DNA of 64,000 bases from an uncultured Methanospirillum sp. (GTDB lineage Archaea; Halobacteriota; Methanomicrobia; Methanomicrobiales; Methanospirillaceae): contig CAZWTX010000010.1 of NCBI GenBank assembly GCA_964637135.1, positions 1 to 64,000 of the forward strand, read 5' to 3'. The notes beneath the pieces were generated by a model, which did not search any database, had not been told where the DNA came from, and saw only the letters and a list, made by a program, of their open reading frames with translations. Made by a program: the position numbers and the translations under genes. Of this stretch, positions 1 through 11,432 are shown one piece after another; positions within the stretch are counted from its first letter, which is position 1; each line of letters opens with the position of its first letter.

Positions 1-759
1 GGTCCAGTCCCTGCTTCCCGCTGATGATCCCCCGAAGATTAGTACCATGTCACAAGTCCGGGCTAGCCGGATCAGTTCATCGGCGATCGCAGCTGGGTCA
101 TCGGGAACAACTTGTCCGAAGACCGGTGTTATTCCTGCCTGTCTAAGATACGAAGCAATCATGTAAGAGTTTGTATCCACGATCTGGCCGGGAAGAGGTT
201 TTTTCTGGATCGGAATTACCTCGTCACCGGTAGCGATCAGGCCTACTTTCACACTCCGAACCAGCACCTCGGAGATCCCATAGGTGAGCAGGGCGCCGAT
301 ATCAAACGGGGTGATTACATGCCCGGTCCCCATAACGGTATCATTCTCGCTGATATCCGCCCCTTGGGAGATGGTATTCTCGTACGGGGAGACGGTTTTA
401 TGGATAAGATACCGCTGCTCACCAAGCTCAATCACGTCCTCGATTCTTATTACCGCATCAAAGCCATCCGGCATAGGCATCCCGGTATTAACCCGGATAG
501 CATTTACCTCCAGGGTGTGATCCGGTGAGGCACCAATGGTCCCCACGCTTTTGACAGCTATCCCATCCGGGCCACATAATAGCGTCGGAGGAATGGTCCG
601 ACGGGATACGATGGGTACAGCCAGGATATGTCCGGCTGCATCCTGAACCGCAATTCGATGGGTATCTAACGGTCGGGGGAATGATTCAAGGAGTATTTTT
701 TTTGCCTTGTCCAGAGGGAGCAGGCTGGATGGAGAGGTTATTCGGGGAATCGGGATCAC
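1..759 (-). CDS. moeA: Molybdopterin molybdotransferase MoeA (runs off the window start)
   Basis: Manual translation of the minus strand from GTG at 757-759 gives VNTGMPMPDGFDAVIRIED, VGLIATGDEV, GQIVDTNSYMI and FGGSSAGSRD, all MoeA motifs. Not in the ORF track because the stop lies outside the window. Confidence 0.9.
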   Translation of the reverse strand, partial: MIPIPRITSPSSLLPLDKAKKILLESFPRPLDTHRIAVQDAAGHILAVPIVSRRTIPPTLLCGPDGIAVKSVGTIGASPDHTLEVNAIRVNTGMPMPDGFDAVIRIEDVIELGEQRYLIHKTVSPYENTISQGADISENDTVMGTGHVITPFDIGALLTYGISEVLVRSVKVGLIATGDEVIPIQKKPLPGQIVDTNSYMIASYLRQAGITPVFGQVVPDDPAAIADELIRLARTCDMVLIFGGSSAGSRDWT

Positions 760-804
760 CTTTGATGATTTCAAGTATTTGTTTCCCGGGGAGACATTAA
801 ATAG

Positions 805-833
805 TATCTATTAACTTTCTAAGATGTTAATAG
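805..833. promoter_or_regulatory. Inverted repeat CTATTAAC-N10-GTTAATAG, candidate operator upstream of moeA
   Basis: Perfect 8-bp arms at 808-815 and 826-833; TATCTATTAACTTT (805-818) recurs as TATCTGTTAACTTT at 1308-1321. Confidence 0.4.
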
Positions 834-1372
834 TTTACCCTTATTCTTCTTTTCGATAAAAAAGAAATTTGCCGATTGCAGATGCACCAAATCTAATACC
901 AGTCCCAATCCGGTCGGGTACATTATTTCCGGGTATCTATCTCATACGAGGAGTGAACCATTCTTCTTCGTGCCCTTTGTAAGATAATTATGGGGAATTT
1001 CTCAAAGAAATGTCATAATAATAACCTGACGAGGCACTGTTGAACCGGCATTTTTCCAGGAACCAGTCTGGTTCTTCAGGCTGTAATAAACACCTCCCAG
1101 AAGATAAATATCGATCCTGGCATGAACGCCAAGAAAAGAGAGATATTCGGGATAGAACTCTCCTATGAGACTCCTTGAAACCCGTTACAAAAACCGGCAG
1201 CCGTTAAAAACTCTTGGATATCCTCTTTTTCAATCACAAATAATCACAATTTACGGATTTAGCCCTTATTGCCGGGTATCATTTAGAATTTGGATCTTCT
1301 CCCTAACTATCTGTTAACTTTTCCAGAAATAAAATCAAAAGGATTACTTATTCCCAGATTCACAGTACTGAC

Positions 1373-2434
1373 ATGGATAGCAGATCATATTCGTTATACC
1401 AGAAATTGTTCGGCATTCTTCTGCTGATCGGGATTCTGGTTGCCCCTTTACCAGTATTTGCAGCAACCGAGGATTCAGGGACCAGGATGATCACGGACAT
1501 GGCCGGAAGAGATGTGGAGATCCCGGATCCGGTGGAATCCGTAATCACCCTAGGATCCGTCCCGGTTCAGAACAGTTTCATCCTCGCCCTCGGGAAGGGG
1601 GATACGATCAAGAATAACCTCCCGGAATCATTCCAGAAACAGGGCAGGTGGAAGTACCAGTATGTCTTCATCCCCCAGCTGGCAGATGAACCATCCATCC
1701 AGGTCAGTTCCAACCAGCCAAACGTGGAACAGATCATCGGTATGAACCCGGACCTCTGTTTTACGATGGACAAAGGAACGGTTGAACTCCTGGAGGGGAG
1801 CGGTGTTCCGGTGATCTTCCTCTCATGGGTGGATGAAGCCGATGTACAGGATTTGATGACTCTTCTCGGGGAAATCTATCACGAGCCAGACCGGGCTGCA
1901 GAGTTTCTCAAGTACTTTGATCAGACCACCAGCCGGGTATCAGCGATAGCCGATACGATCCCGGATGAAGAACGGAAAAAAGTGCTCTATCTCAATTATA
2001 AATCAATGAGCGTACCCCATAAGATCGCAGACTGGTGGATCAGCACGGCGGGCGGGATCAGTGTCAGCAGCGATCCGCGTGGAACTGAGTCGCTTGAGGT
2101 CGATCCCGAGATCGTCAACGCATGGAATCCGGACGTGATCATCGTTGCAAGCGAGAGTGACATCGATGGATTACTCTCAGACGAACAGTTCTCAGAGATT
2201 ACCGCAGTGAAGAACAAGGCAATCTATAACGGGCCTTTTGGTGCCCATATCTGGGCAAACCGGGGAATTGAACTCCCTCTCATGGTGCTCTGGACGGCAA
2301 AGACGGTGTACCCGGATCACTTCAACAGTATCGATCTTGAGAAAGAGACTGCAGATTTTTACCAGAGATTCTTTGGCACATCCCTGACGGATGACCAGGT
2401 ACAGGAGATCCTCAGCGGAAACGCAAAGATATAA
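1373..2434 (+). CDS. ABC transporter substrate-binding protein, iron/cobalamin (helical backbone) family
   Basis: Signal peptide, ITDMAGRDVEIP, NVEQIIGMNPDL, EIVNAWNPDVII, ITAVKNKAIY. Confidence 0.9.
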   Translation: MDSRSYSLYQKLFGILLLIGILVAPLPVFAATEDSGTRMITDMAGRDVEIPDPVESVITLGSVPVQNSFILALGKGDTIKNNLPESFQKQGRWKYQYVFIPQLADEPSIQVSSNQPNVEQIIGMNPDLCFTMDKGTVELLEGSGVPVIFLSWVDEADVQDLMTLLGEIYHEPDRAAEFLKYFDQTTSRVSAIADTIPDEERKKVLYLNYKSMSVPHKIADWWISTAGGISVSSDPRGTESLEVDPEIVNAWNPDVIIVASESDIDGLLSDEQFSEITAVKNKAIYNGPFGAHIWANRGIELPLMVLWTAKTVYPDHFNSIDLEKETADFYQRFFGTSLTDDQVQEILSGNAKI

Positions 2435-2445
2435 CCCTTTTTTTT
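2435..2445 (+). terminator. Oligo-T archaeal terminator
   Basis: CCC followed by a T run directly after the stop codon. Confidence 0.5.
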
Positions 2446-2818
2446 GAGAGAGACTCATTCCCTACCCGTGGTTCCGGTCCGGGGGGATAGGTCTTAACTG
2501 ATTGACAATATCGCAATGGTAATCAATCATGAACAACCACGTACTATCTGGAACAGAGACATATCCTGACGTGGAATCCATGCACATACAATCCAGTCGC
2601 ATCCTTCCGGTTCATTTCAGTCCCGTCCCATACCAAACCGGGATCTTCCCACTCTCCGATGATGGCCGGGAACGAGGTATCCCGGGTTTTCTCCATCCCC
2701 GATCACATCACGAACAACCTGTTACTTTCTCCCTGACCAGTACCGTTCCAGTATCTGTACCGGGACTCAGATACCGGTGTGAAATCTTCCAAATCCCAGG
2801 CACCACGGGAAGGAGACA

Positions 2819-3697
2819 ATGAGCGGTAATATGAAACCCGCCGGGTTACCGGGAGATTCTTTCCTGCCCGGTTCTATCCTTGCAGAGACACGGGATCGGC
2901 TGGTCATGCGGTATGGCGACCGGCTGGACTCGCTTACCCTCTCCCGGGTGGTGATCGGGATCTTCTACACCGGGGTTATACTCTCCGACGGATCTTCCGG
3001 GATCTGCTTCACCCCGATCAAGGCGATCCCTGAATCGGTCTGCTGTCCCTCCCAGGCCAAGGCCATGCCCCGGGCAGGACGGCTGAAAGGAATGAAGGTA
3101 ACCGATACCTTCCCATACCTCACCCAGCCGGCACCGATTAAGCGGGCAATCGCAATTGCCACCCTGAATGCGTTATCAGATGGAATCTGGCGGGAAAATC
3201 CTGGTGAGGGGGCCGGGAGGTACCGAATCGAGGAGGGAGATGACATCTTCTCCCTGGGACCGGGTAAAATTCAGAAAGCGGTAGTAATCGGGGCTCTCAT
3301 CCCGATCGTGAAGACCTTCAAGGAGAAGAGGATCCCCTACCGGATCGCCGAACTTGATATCCGGACCCTGAAGGCAGAAGAACTTCCCTTCTTCGTCAGC
3401 CAGGAGGATCTCCCCGGGGAACTCAAAACAGCAGATCTCGTGGTCATATCTGGCACAACTCTCCTGAACGACACCCTTGAAGAAATCCTCTCATTCTGTT
3501 GTACGGATGCGACCATCCTCCTGATCGGCCCGACGGCAACGATGCTTCCGGAGAGTTTCTTCTCCCGGGGAGTGACCGCACTTGCCGGAAACCGGGTTAT
3601 CAACGGAGAAGAGACGCTTGATGTCCTCACCGAAGGTGGTTCCGGGTATCACTTCTATGACCGGTCATCCAAAAAAGTGATGATCATCAGGGAGTGA
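2819..3697 (+). CDS. DUF364-type Rossmann-like (putative heavy-metal chelation) protein
   Basis: GIFYTGV, AIAIATLNAL, ADLVVISGTTLLNDTLE, LIGPTATMLP..FF.RGV. Confidence 0.8.
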   Translation: MSGNMKPAGLPGDSFLPGSILAETRDRLVMRYGDRLDSLTLSRVVIGIFYTGVILSDGSSGICFTPIKAIPESVCCPSQAKAMPRAGRLKGMKVTDTFPYLTQPAPIKRAIAIATLNALSDGIWRENPGEGAGRYRIEEGDDIFSLGPGKIQKAVVIGALIPIVKTFKEKRIPYRIAELDIRTLKAEELPFFVSQEDLPGELKTADLVVISGTTLLNDTLEEILSFCCTDATILLIGPTATMLPESFFSRGVTALAGNRVINGEETLDVLTEGGSGYHFYDRSSKKVMIIRE

Positions 3698-3737
3698 CCG
3701 GACAAAAACGGCACATTCCCGGCCGTTCCATCTTTCC

Positions 3738-4319
3738 TCATCCTTTCCGGGCCGTGAGAATAAAAAACCCGGACCGGGCATCGGCTGATATCCCGATAAA
3801 TCCGGCCGTTTTCAGGAGCAACACCACTTCTTCGCCGGAATAGAAACGGGCACGTGAGAGAAACCGGCCTTTCCCTTCTGAACAGAGATACCTCCTGTGG
3901 ATCGCTCCGCCCCGTTCGATGAAGGCAAGAATGAGCGTTCCCCGGGGGAGAAGAATGCGGTGCATCTCTTTCAGGGCAGCACCCGGATCATCCAGGAAAC
4001 AGAGAACCGTCACCATGAGGATACAGGGTACTGTCTCATCCCTGACCGGGAGGGCTTCTGCCCTCCCCCGGATGACCCCGATTCCTCTCCCGCGTGCCAT
4101 CCGGCAGAGCGAAACAGACGGTTCAATCCCGGTTTTTATCCCGAGTGGTGCGGCAAACCGCCCGGAGCCGGCTCCCACTTCGATGCACCGGGAGCCGGGA
4201 GCCGGAAATAGATCCCTGATTTGGGAGAGTTCGGCGAGATACTCATCCCGGTGCTCATCAAACCACCGGTCATATTCACCTGCATACACCTCGAAGACCT
4301 CCCCTGCCATCTGTCTCAC
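3738..4319 (-). CDS. Class I SAM-dependent methyltransferase
   Basis: YDRWF, IEVGAGSGRF motif I, GRAEALP, VLCFLDDP. Confidence 0.9.
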   Translation of the reverse strand: MRQMAGEVFEVYAGEYDRWFDEHRDEYLAELSQIRDLFPAPGSRCIEVGAGSGRFAAPLGIKTGIEPSVSLCRMARGRGIGVIRGRAEALPVRDETVPCILMVTVLCFLDDPGAALKEMHRILLPRGTLILAFIERGGAIHRRYLCSEGKGRFLSRARFYSGEEVVLLLKTAGFIGISADARSGFFILTARKG

Positions 4320-4323
4320 CGGC

Positions 4324-4692
4324 TCATTCCCCGTAAAGGAACGTTCGCACCTTTTCCCCGGTTGATGTTTCCCGCTTCTTCAGCATGGCAAGATCAGGTT
4401 TCTCCTCCATGAACATGGAGAAGAGCAGGTAGAGAAAGTCCATGGTGAGATCCATCACCTCCTTCCTGAACCTGACTTCAACCGTCGTGTCACCGACAAA
4501 TCCCTTGATAGAGAACCAGTCTTTCTTATCAAATTTGTAAAACCCCTCCCCGATGGCAGGGAGCGATTCAACCGTTCCGAAGTGTTTCAGGTAGGTGAAA
4601 AAACCTTCAGGTACCGGAGCGTCAAGAAGAAACTCCTTCATGAATGAACCGTCTGCGCAAACCTTATGCCGTACCGACCTGACAATCCGCAT
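4324..4692 (-). CDS. Conserved small hypothetical protein coupled to the cysteine desulfurase gene
   Basis: C-terminal part of track ORF 4324..4929. ATG at 4692 (MRIVRSVRHKVCADGSF) overlaps the desulfurase 3' end; the upstream part is an off-frame overlap. Confidence 0.6.
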   Translation of the reverse strand: MRIVRSVRHKVCADGSFMKEFLLDAPVPEGFFTYLKHFGTVESLPAIGEGFYKFDKKDWFSIKGFVGDTTVEVRFRKEVMDLTMDFLYLLFSMFMEEKPDLAMLKKRETSTGEKVRTFLYGE

Positions 4693-5881
4693 TTTCTGCA
4701 ATATCCCGAATGGCCTCGGCTGAAACCCGGCATTCCTCATCGGTCGTGGCCCAGGAGAGGCTGAGCCTGACGCATCCCTGGCCGCCGTCGATAACCTTGT
4801 GGACCAGCGGGGCACAATGAAGTCCGGTCCGGGCGATGATATGATAGGCCCTGGCCAGGATAAAGCCCACATCATCGTCGTCCAGTCCGTTGATGTTAAA
4901 GGCGATGATCGGTAGGTCAGGGCAGTCATTGTACACCGTGATATTGCTCTCTTTTTTCAGTTCCCGGATTAAAAACATCGTCTGTCTGTCTGCCTTCTCC
5001 TTGATGGTTTCAATTCCCTTCCCGGTGATGAACCCGACACCTGCGGCGAGGGCGGCAAGGCCGGGGTAGTTATGCGTTCCGGACTCGAACCGTTCGGGCA
5101 TCTCGCGGGGTTGGGTGAGAAGGAAGGAGTCTGTCCCGGTTCCACCAAACCGGACCGGGACGACAGCAGCCGGATCACGGGTGAAGAATCCCCCCGTCCC
5201 GGGAATCCCTAAAAGCCCCTTGTGACCGGTGAACACGAATGCATCGACCGGGAGATCAATCAGGCTGATAGGGATATGACCGGCGGTCTGGGCACCATCA
5301 ACGATGAAATAAATCCCGTGATCATGGAGGACATCACCGATTGATGCAATATCCTGCACCGAACCGAGCACATTGCTCCCATGGGTCATGACCATGAGCC
5401 GGGTGTCAGGCCTGATAGCCGCTTCAACTGATTCGGGAGAGACATACCCCCGTTCAAAGGGGATGATATCAAGACTGATCCGGTTTTGCTCCCGGTATTC
5501 AGTGAGCGGTCTGAGCACGGAGTTATGATCGAGGGCCGTCGTGAGGACATGGCATCCATGAGACTGCCCGGCAAGAAATCCTGGTATGAGAATATTCAGG
5601 GAGTCCGTGGCATTATGCGTGAAAACAATATGTTCGGGAGGAACTCCACCCAGAAGGTCAGAGACTCGTTCTCTCGCCAGGGTGACATAGTCTTCACCCT
5701 GCGTTCCGGTCGTTCTGCCTGACCCGAAGACCGGAAGAGAAAGGGAGGCGTCAATCGCTGCCTTCACCCCGGGAGGTTTCGGCCAGCTGGTTGCTGCATT
5801 GTTCAGATAGATGAGTGGTTTGTGATCGGTGGCCATCTCTTCCAGATAATCTAACGGAGAACCACAAAATGGTTCGTTCAT
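4664..5881 (-). CDS. Cysteine desulfurase family (class V PLP) enzyme
   Basis: YLNNAATSWPKP, FTHNATDSLN, HNSVLRP, DGAQTAG, TGHKGL (PLP Lys), RTGLHCAP (catalytic Cys). Confidence 0.92.
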   Translation of the reverse strand: MNEPFCGSPLDYLEEMATDHKPLIYLNNAATSWPKPPGVKAAIDASLSLPVFGSGRTTGTQGEDYVTLARERVSDLLGGVPPEHIVFTHNATDSLNILIPGFLAGQSHGCHVLTTALDHNSVLRPLTEYREQNRISLDIIPFERGYVSPESVEAAIRPDTRLMVMTHGSNVLGSVQDIASIGDVLHDHGIYFIVDGAQTAGHIPISLIDLPVDAFVFTGHKGLLGIPGTGGFFTRDPAAVVPVRFGGTGTDSFLLTQPREMPERFESGTHNYPGLAALAAGVGFITGKGIETIKEKADRQTMFLIRELKKESNITVYNDCPDLPIIAFNINGLDDDDVGFILARAYHIIARTGLHCAPLVHKVIDGGQGCVRLSLSWATTDEECRVSAEAIRDIAENADCQVGTA

Positions 5882-5925
5882 GTTGATATAAACACTTATT
5901 ACCGGGTGTATAGAAATGAGAGGAT

Positions 5926-6237
5926 ATGGCCGGCATTACCCCGGCTGCCCTCCGGGAAGCAGCCGATGTGCTTGGAATTCAGGAAAAAGCCTCTCTGTAT
6001 GAAATCCGACACCGGTACCACGAGCAGATCAAGGTCTGGCATCCTGACGTTCCAAAAGAGGATCCCGGGATGTCACACGAGATGACGATCCGTATTCAGA
6101 ATGCGTATGATCTCCTCCTTGATCACTGCATGAACCATCTCTTCTCGTTCCGGATCGAGGATCTCTCCCGGGATCTCGAGAAGAGTCCTGCTGATTTCTG
6201 GAAAGAACGGTTTGGGAAGGATCCCATCTGGGGGTGA
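5926..6237 (+). CDS. Small J-domain (DnaJ N-terminal) protein
   Basis: AADVLGI..ASLYEIRHRY..WHPD..IQNAY. Confidence 0.85.
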   Translation: MAGITPAALREAADVLGIQEKASLYEIRHRYHEQIKVWHPDVPKEDPGMSHEMTIRIQNAYDLLLDHCMNHLFSFRIEDLSRDLEKSPADFWKERFGKDPIWG

Positions 6238-6238
6238 A

Positions 6239-8368
6239 TTACCGGTCCGCTTCTGGAAACCGAAACTTCCCCGGCGGAACCCGGATTTCAAACCTCGCTC
6301 CCACCCCCGGCTCACCGGTTTCACGGATAGTAATCCCGGTTATCTCGAGGATCTCCCGGATCAGGAAAAGCCCAAGCCCGGTATTTTTGCCAACACCTTT
6401 CCGGAATATCTTATCCTTCTCACCAGCTGCAATACCCCCGCCGTTATCCTCATACACGATGACCAGATCCCCGCCATCCCTTCTGCAGGTAAGTGAAATT
6501 CGGGTGAGATTCTGCCCGTGCCGGACCGAGTTCTCGACGAGATTGAATATGACCCGGCCGAACATGGGATCAGCATACACCTCAAGCCGGTTGATCTCCC
6601 GAAAGAGATCGGTTTCCCCGATCAGTCCCTGGACCTGTGGCGTATCAAGGAGCCTATCAATATTCTGCCAGTCTGGTGCAGAGGACCCCAGTTCCTGGTA
6701 CTGACCGGTAAACTGGATCAGGTTCTTGATCTCTCCGGTCACCTGGTCAAGGATATCGAGGCTTCTCACCTGCTCCGGGCTTGAACTAGCCTGGCGGATC
6801 TCGCCCAGATGAAAGGCGGTGATCATGATCCGGTTGAGGATATCATGTCTCGTGACGCTGGACAGGATTTGCAGTTTCCGGTTGACCTCTGCAACTGCCT
6901 TGTTAGCCCGGTATATCTCGTCCATATCATGGATCGCAATAAGCAGGCAGGGTTCTGACCGGATCTGGATCCGTGAGATTGCCACGTCGGCAACGAACGG
7001 GCCGCCATCCGCACGATGCAGGATCAGTTCACCGTGAGCAGTCTTCCCCTCCGCAGTCCTGGCGAGGAGGTCACGGATCATCGTGCAGGTTAGTCCGGTA
7101 TCCATAAGATCGAGACGTGGTCCTCCGTCTCCTTCCGGTTCATCTCCCTCTTTCTCTCTTTCACCGGGAGGATCTCCGAATACCTGTCTGAATCCCTGGT
7201 TGAGATCGATGATCCGCCCCTCCCGGCTCAGGATCAGGATCGGGTCAGGCGTCTGCTTAAATATCGTGGTGAACTTCTCCTCGTTTTCCCTGAGCAACTG
7301 CTGGGACGCCTTCTGCGCACTGATGTCATTGAGGAGGAGCAGGGTTGCAATCCTGCCCTCATAGGAGATCAGCCGGCCTTTGATGATAACCGGATGTCTC
7401 TGTCCGTCCTTTGAGAGGATCGATATCTCGATGGGAAGGGGATTCTCTCCCATCAGTCGTGCCCGGATCTGCTGGATTGCCAAATCACGATCCTCAGCGG
7501 CAACATGGGGGAGGATTGGGGTGCCGATTACTTCTTCGGGTGAGTACCCAAGGGTGGTGGTCACCGCCGGATTGATGTAGCGTATCTCCTGGTCCATGTC
7601 ATATACGATTATGTAATCTGGGAGGTTTTCAACAAGAACCCGTTTGTATTCCTCGCTCTCTTTCAACGCTGCGTTCAGTCGTTTCAGCTCTTCCAGGCTT
7701 AAATATAACCGCTCGTCATCCAGTTCCTTAAGAATGAGGAGAAATCCAATCCCACTCACGAACATCATGAAGAAGAGAAGGAAAGTCCCTGAACTGTTGA
7801 TCAGGTTTGCCGTAAAGAGCGAATACTCCCCAGGTCCGGCCTGGAAGGCGGCGATCGCCCGGGCAAGACCGATCGGGATGGCAGGAAGGCAGAGAATGCC
7901 AATGAAGAGCCGGATTCGGGACCCGGCCATTCTCATACAGAGGAGGATCCCACAGATCCCGAACAGGATCAGGGCGCTCAGGGAGAAGAGGATGAGCCGA
8001 TCCTTTTCACCCTCGCCGAAGAGTAAAAAAGACCCGGTAGTGAGGAGGAAGAGAAGGAGATACAGCCGCTCAACCTGCCGGTCATCCCGTCCGACCGTGA
8101 TCAGACCGACAGACTGGAGGGAGAAACCGGCCAGGGCAATGACGTTTGCCACCTGGATCGAGAGGATATCCGGGATATCTCCCCGCATACCATATAACGG
8201 CCAAGCAAAGGCAAGACAGAATTTACCGGCAATGAAGAGGAGGTATGCCCGATCACCAGTGATGGATTTCTTGTATGCGACAAGAAGGAGAATGGATACG
8301 AGTTCTCCGATGGTCAGCAACAGAAGGCTCGTCCTGATATCGATGTATTCCAGGAAAATCGCGTCCAC
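6239..8368 (-). CDS. Membrane-bound PAS histidine kinase
   Basis: About 7 N-terminal TM helices, two PAS domains, SVTRHDILN H-box, NLVENSVRHG, DNGGGI, TGLGLF. Confidence 0.92.
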   Translation of the reverse strand: MDAIFLEYIDIRTSLLLLTIGELVSILLLVAYKKSITGDRAYLLFIAGKFCLAFAWPLYGMRGDIPDILSIQVANVIALAGFSLQSVGLITVGRDDRQVERLYLLLFLLTTGSFLLFGEGEKDRLILFSLSALILFGICGILLCMRMAGSRIRLFIGILCLPAIPIGLARAIAAFQAGPGEYSLFTANLINSSGTFLLFFMMFVSGIGFLLILKELDDERLYLSLEELKRLNAALKESEEYKRVLVENLPDYIIVYDMDQEIRYINPAVTTTLGYSPEEVIGTPILPHVAAEDRDLAIQQIRARLMGENPLPIEISILSKDGQRHPVIIKGRLISYEGRIATLLLLNDISAQKASQQLLRENEEKFTTIFKQTPDPILILSREGRIIDLNQGFRQVFGDPPGEREKEGDEPEGDGGPRLDLMDTGLTCTMIRDLLARTAEGKTAHGELILHRADGGPFVADVAISRIQIRSEPCLLIAIHDMDEIYRANKAVAEVNRKLQILSSVTRHDILNRIMITAFHLGEIRQASSSPEQVRSLDILDQVTGEIKNLIQFTGQYQELGSSAPDWQNIDRLLDTPQVQGLIGETDLFREINRLEVYADPMFGRVIFNLVENSVRHGQNLTRISLTCRRDGGDLVIVYEDNGGGIAAGEKDKIFRKGVGKNTGLGLFLIREILEITGITIRETGEPGVGARFEIRVPPGKFRFPEADR

Positions 8369-8996
8369 CCCAACGTTTGATCTGGTTCACGCTATGATAC
8401 GGCCGGATTACTCTTGAACCTATCGGGGACCGGCTGATCTGGTTCTAACCGATACTGATTCCGCCACCCGGGGTTTCGGGAGGAACAGAGGATGATATCG
8501 GTTACTTTGATCAAAGGGGTGATAGTGCAGATGGAGCAAGAGTTAGAGAGTAGAAGAAAGATGCCCTACAACAGTCTCCTCATCCCAGGATTCCAGGATA
8601 GACATCTGACATGAATCACACTGTGAATTAGGAGATCATATGGCCCAAAATAAAAAGGTGATTCGCCGGGTTCTCATATCCACATGGATCTCTCGGTTAT
8701 CGTTCATCCCCCACAGGGAGCAATATTCTGCCGGATACACGACGTAACACAATTCTCATCAGGTATCAGCCGATGGGATACACCCCATATCCAAGCATCA
8801 GACCCACGTTCAGAGTAAAAACCACATTGGTTATACTGCCTTGATACTGGGGACTATATACCCGGATAAAAAACCCTAAATTACCAGCAATTCTCACGAA
8901 CCGTTAATGAACCGTCATATATTTACCCTATCAGAGCCGAACCGATAGCCGTAGGTACAACGTCTTTATGGGGTTGCCTCCAGTAAGGGGTCTTTC

Positions 8997-11228
8997 ATGC
9001 AGTTTAAAACCCGGTTAATACTGATGATGCTCGGAATATCCGTTATTCCCCTGATCATCATCGGGACCATCGGAATCATCAGCCTCATGTCGGTCAGCGG
9101 AACGACCGATGTCAAGGTGAATGAAATTGGTAACGAATCGATAACGGAATCAACGAATGCACTCCAGAAACTCGCTGAGGAGAACATCATCCAGAATACC
9201 AAATCAATTGCAAAGGAACTTGAGATCTATCTCAAGGCCCATCCGGAAAAGAGCTGGCAGGATCTCTCCAATGATCCGGATTTCCGGGCGATAGCCGTCC
9301 AGCCAATCGGAACACAGGGATACAGTGTTCTTGCCGATCCGGTTGGTTTTAAAAACCTGATGCATTCGACGAAATCCAAGGAAGGCGGCTCGTATGAGGT
9401 GTATAAAACCGATTCCCCAGAGCTTTTTGACATTGTCACACAGATCAGGGGAGGAAAACCGGCAGCAGGATATTATCAGTTCAAGGAGCAGGACGGATCC
9501 TACCGGAACAAATTCATCAGTTATTACCCGGTTAACGGTTCTACCAGTGACGGCGTCAAACTCGAGACGGCGATTACCGTGTACATCGATGAATTCCTTG
9601 CCCCCACGGTAACTCTTGAAGAGAAACTCAGGACCGAAAACGAGGGGCTCATCCAGGAGATCTCCGGTTCAATTCAACAGGCGGTCGTCCTTATCCTCAT
9701 CTTTGCTATCCTTACCATCATTGCCGTAATCCTGATCGGGCTGTGGTTCGCTCGTAAAACCACCGCACCCCTTGAACAGACTGCCATGATGATCAGCGAA
9801 ATGGGGAAGGGTCACCTCTCAGGGAGGCTGAAACTGGAACGGGATGACGAGATCGGGGTGCTCGGGAGGGAGATGGATGCATTCTCTGATCATCTCCAGC
9901 ATACCGTTCTTGCGACATTAAAACAGGTTGCTTCCGGTGATCTCTCCGTATCGATCACCCCGAAAGATGAAAATGACGAGATCTCCCATACGATGAATCA
10001 GTTGATCACCTCAATAACCGGGATCATGGGAGAGATCAGGGGACTGATCACGGAGGCTGAAGACGGAAGACTTCAAACCCGTGGGGATTCCTCCCAATTC
10101 ATCGGGGCATACCGGGAGATTATCGTTGGAATCAATAACATGCTGGATGCAATCACGACCCCGCTCAACGAAGCACTCCGGGTTGCCGAACAGTTCTCGC
10201 AGGCGAAATTTTCGACACGGTTTGACGAGAGCGTGACAACCAGAGGAGATCTGATTGCCCTGAAAGAAGGCCTCAACACAATCGGGGTTGAACTCTCGAT
10301 TGCCATCAAAGAAGTCTCCGAACAGGTCTCTGCCCTCACCGCTTCTTCAGAGGAGGCAGCAGCCAGTGTAGAGGAAATTTCTGCAGGCGCAGCTTCAGTT
10401 GCCCAGAGTTCAGCAAAAGTCAGTACAAATGCCGAGAACAGCGTTCAGTCCATCGATCAGGTACTGACCGCCATGGAAGAACTGACCACCGCGGTCTCAA
10501 CGGTTGCTGCAAAGGTCGATTCTGTGAACAGGCTCTCACAGGATGCCAATACCACCTCAATACAAGGCATTGAACAGGCAGCAGCGGCAGAGGGAGGAAT
10601 TAACGCGATTAATTCCTCTGTCCAGGATGTCGGGGTAATTATTGACGAGATCAGGAACCAGATGCTTGAGATCGGCAAGATCGTCAGCATCATCAGCGAT
10701 ATTGCAGACCAGACAAACCTTCTGGCATTGAATGCTGCCATCGAAGCTGCACGGGCAGGAGAAGCTGGCTTGGGTTTTGCCGTGGTGGCAGACGAAGTGA
10801 AAAGTCTTGCACAGGAATCACAGGGTTCAACAGAGAATATCGCAAAAATCATCGCTTCTCTGAAAGAACAGTCTGAGCGGGCAGCTAATGCGATGAAGCA
10901 GGCAAACGAACAGGTATCCAGGGGATCGGTTGCAATTACTGATACCATCACCTTCTTCAAGTCTATCGCGGGCAAGGTAGAGGATATATCCCGGAACATA
11001 ACCGAGGTCGCCAGCCTCACAGAAGAAGAGGCGGCGGCAGTGGAAGAGATCACCGCGAGTGTTTCAGAAGTGAAAGAAATGTCAGTTGATACCGCACAGG
11101 AAGCAATCGGATCCTCGTCGGCTTCAGAGGAATCTGCATCTGCCCTCAACCAGGTATCGATAATCATCGGCGAACTCTCCATGATTGCCACCCGTATCAG
11201 CGAATCAATGGGAAGACTCAACCGATAA
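8997..11228 (+). CDS. Methyl-accepting chemotaxis protein (Cache-like sensor, HAMP)
   Basis: Two TMs, HAMP (DDEIGVL), [34 protein letters not shown]. Confidence 0.95.
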   Translation: MQFKTRLILMMLGISVIPLIIIGTIGIISLMSVSGTTDVKVNEIGNESITESTNALQKLAEENIIQNTKSIAKELEIYLKAHPEKSWQDLSNDPDFRAIAVQPIGTQGYSVLADPVGFKNLMHSTKSKEGGSYEVYKTDSPELFDIVTQIRGGKPAAGYYQFKEQDGSYRNKFISYYPVNGSTSDGVKLETAITVYIDEFLAPTVTLEEKLRTENEGLIQEISGSIQQAVVLILIFAILTIIAVILIGLWFARKTTAPLEQTAMMISEMGKGHLSGRLKLERDDEIGVLGREMDAFSDHLQHTVLATLKQVASGDLSVSITPKDENDEISHTMNQLITSITGIMGEIRGLITEAEDGRLQTRGDSSQFIGAYREIIVGINNMLDAITTPLNEALRVAEQFSQAKFSTRFDESVTTRGDLIALKEGLNTIGVELSIAIKEVSEQVSALTASSEEAAASVEEISAGAASVAQSSAKVSTNAENSVQSIDQVLTAMEELTTAVSTVAAKVDSVNRLSQDANTTSIQGIEQAAAAEGGINAINSSVQDVGVIIDEIRNQMLEIGKIVSIISDIADQTNLLALNAAIEAARAGEAGLGFAVVADEVKSLAQESQGSTENIAKIIASLKEQSERAANAMKQANEQVSRGSVAITDTITFFKSIAGKVEDISRNITEVASLTEEEAAAVEEITASVSEVKEMSVDTAQEAIGSSSASEESASALNQVSIIIGELSMIATRISESMGRLNR

Positions 11229-11432
11229 CCCTTTTTTTCGAGAACGGGTGCTGCAGAAACTCCGTTACCCGTATCAGAACTATTCACGCCAGGGACCTGT
11301 TTCAGGATACCACGACGGGGGAGAGAAGCAGACGGACGTGATCTCCTGACGTGAGAGCGGTACAGGGATACCTAAACCAACCGGGTGAGGGTGATTCCCA
11401 AGAACTCTGACCCACGACCCGGTAAAAATGGA

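Noticed and set aside
112..528. Plus-strand 138-aa and 78-aa ORFs
   Set aside because: Antisense shadows of moeA.
2529..2822. 97-aa ORF upstream of the DUF364 gene
   Set aside because: No recognisable motif and atypical composition; cannot be supported.
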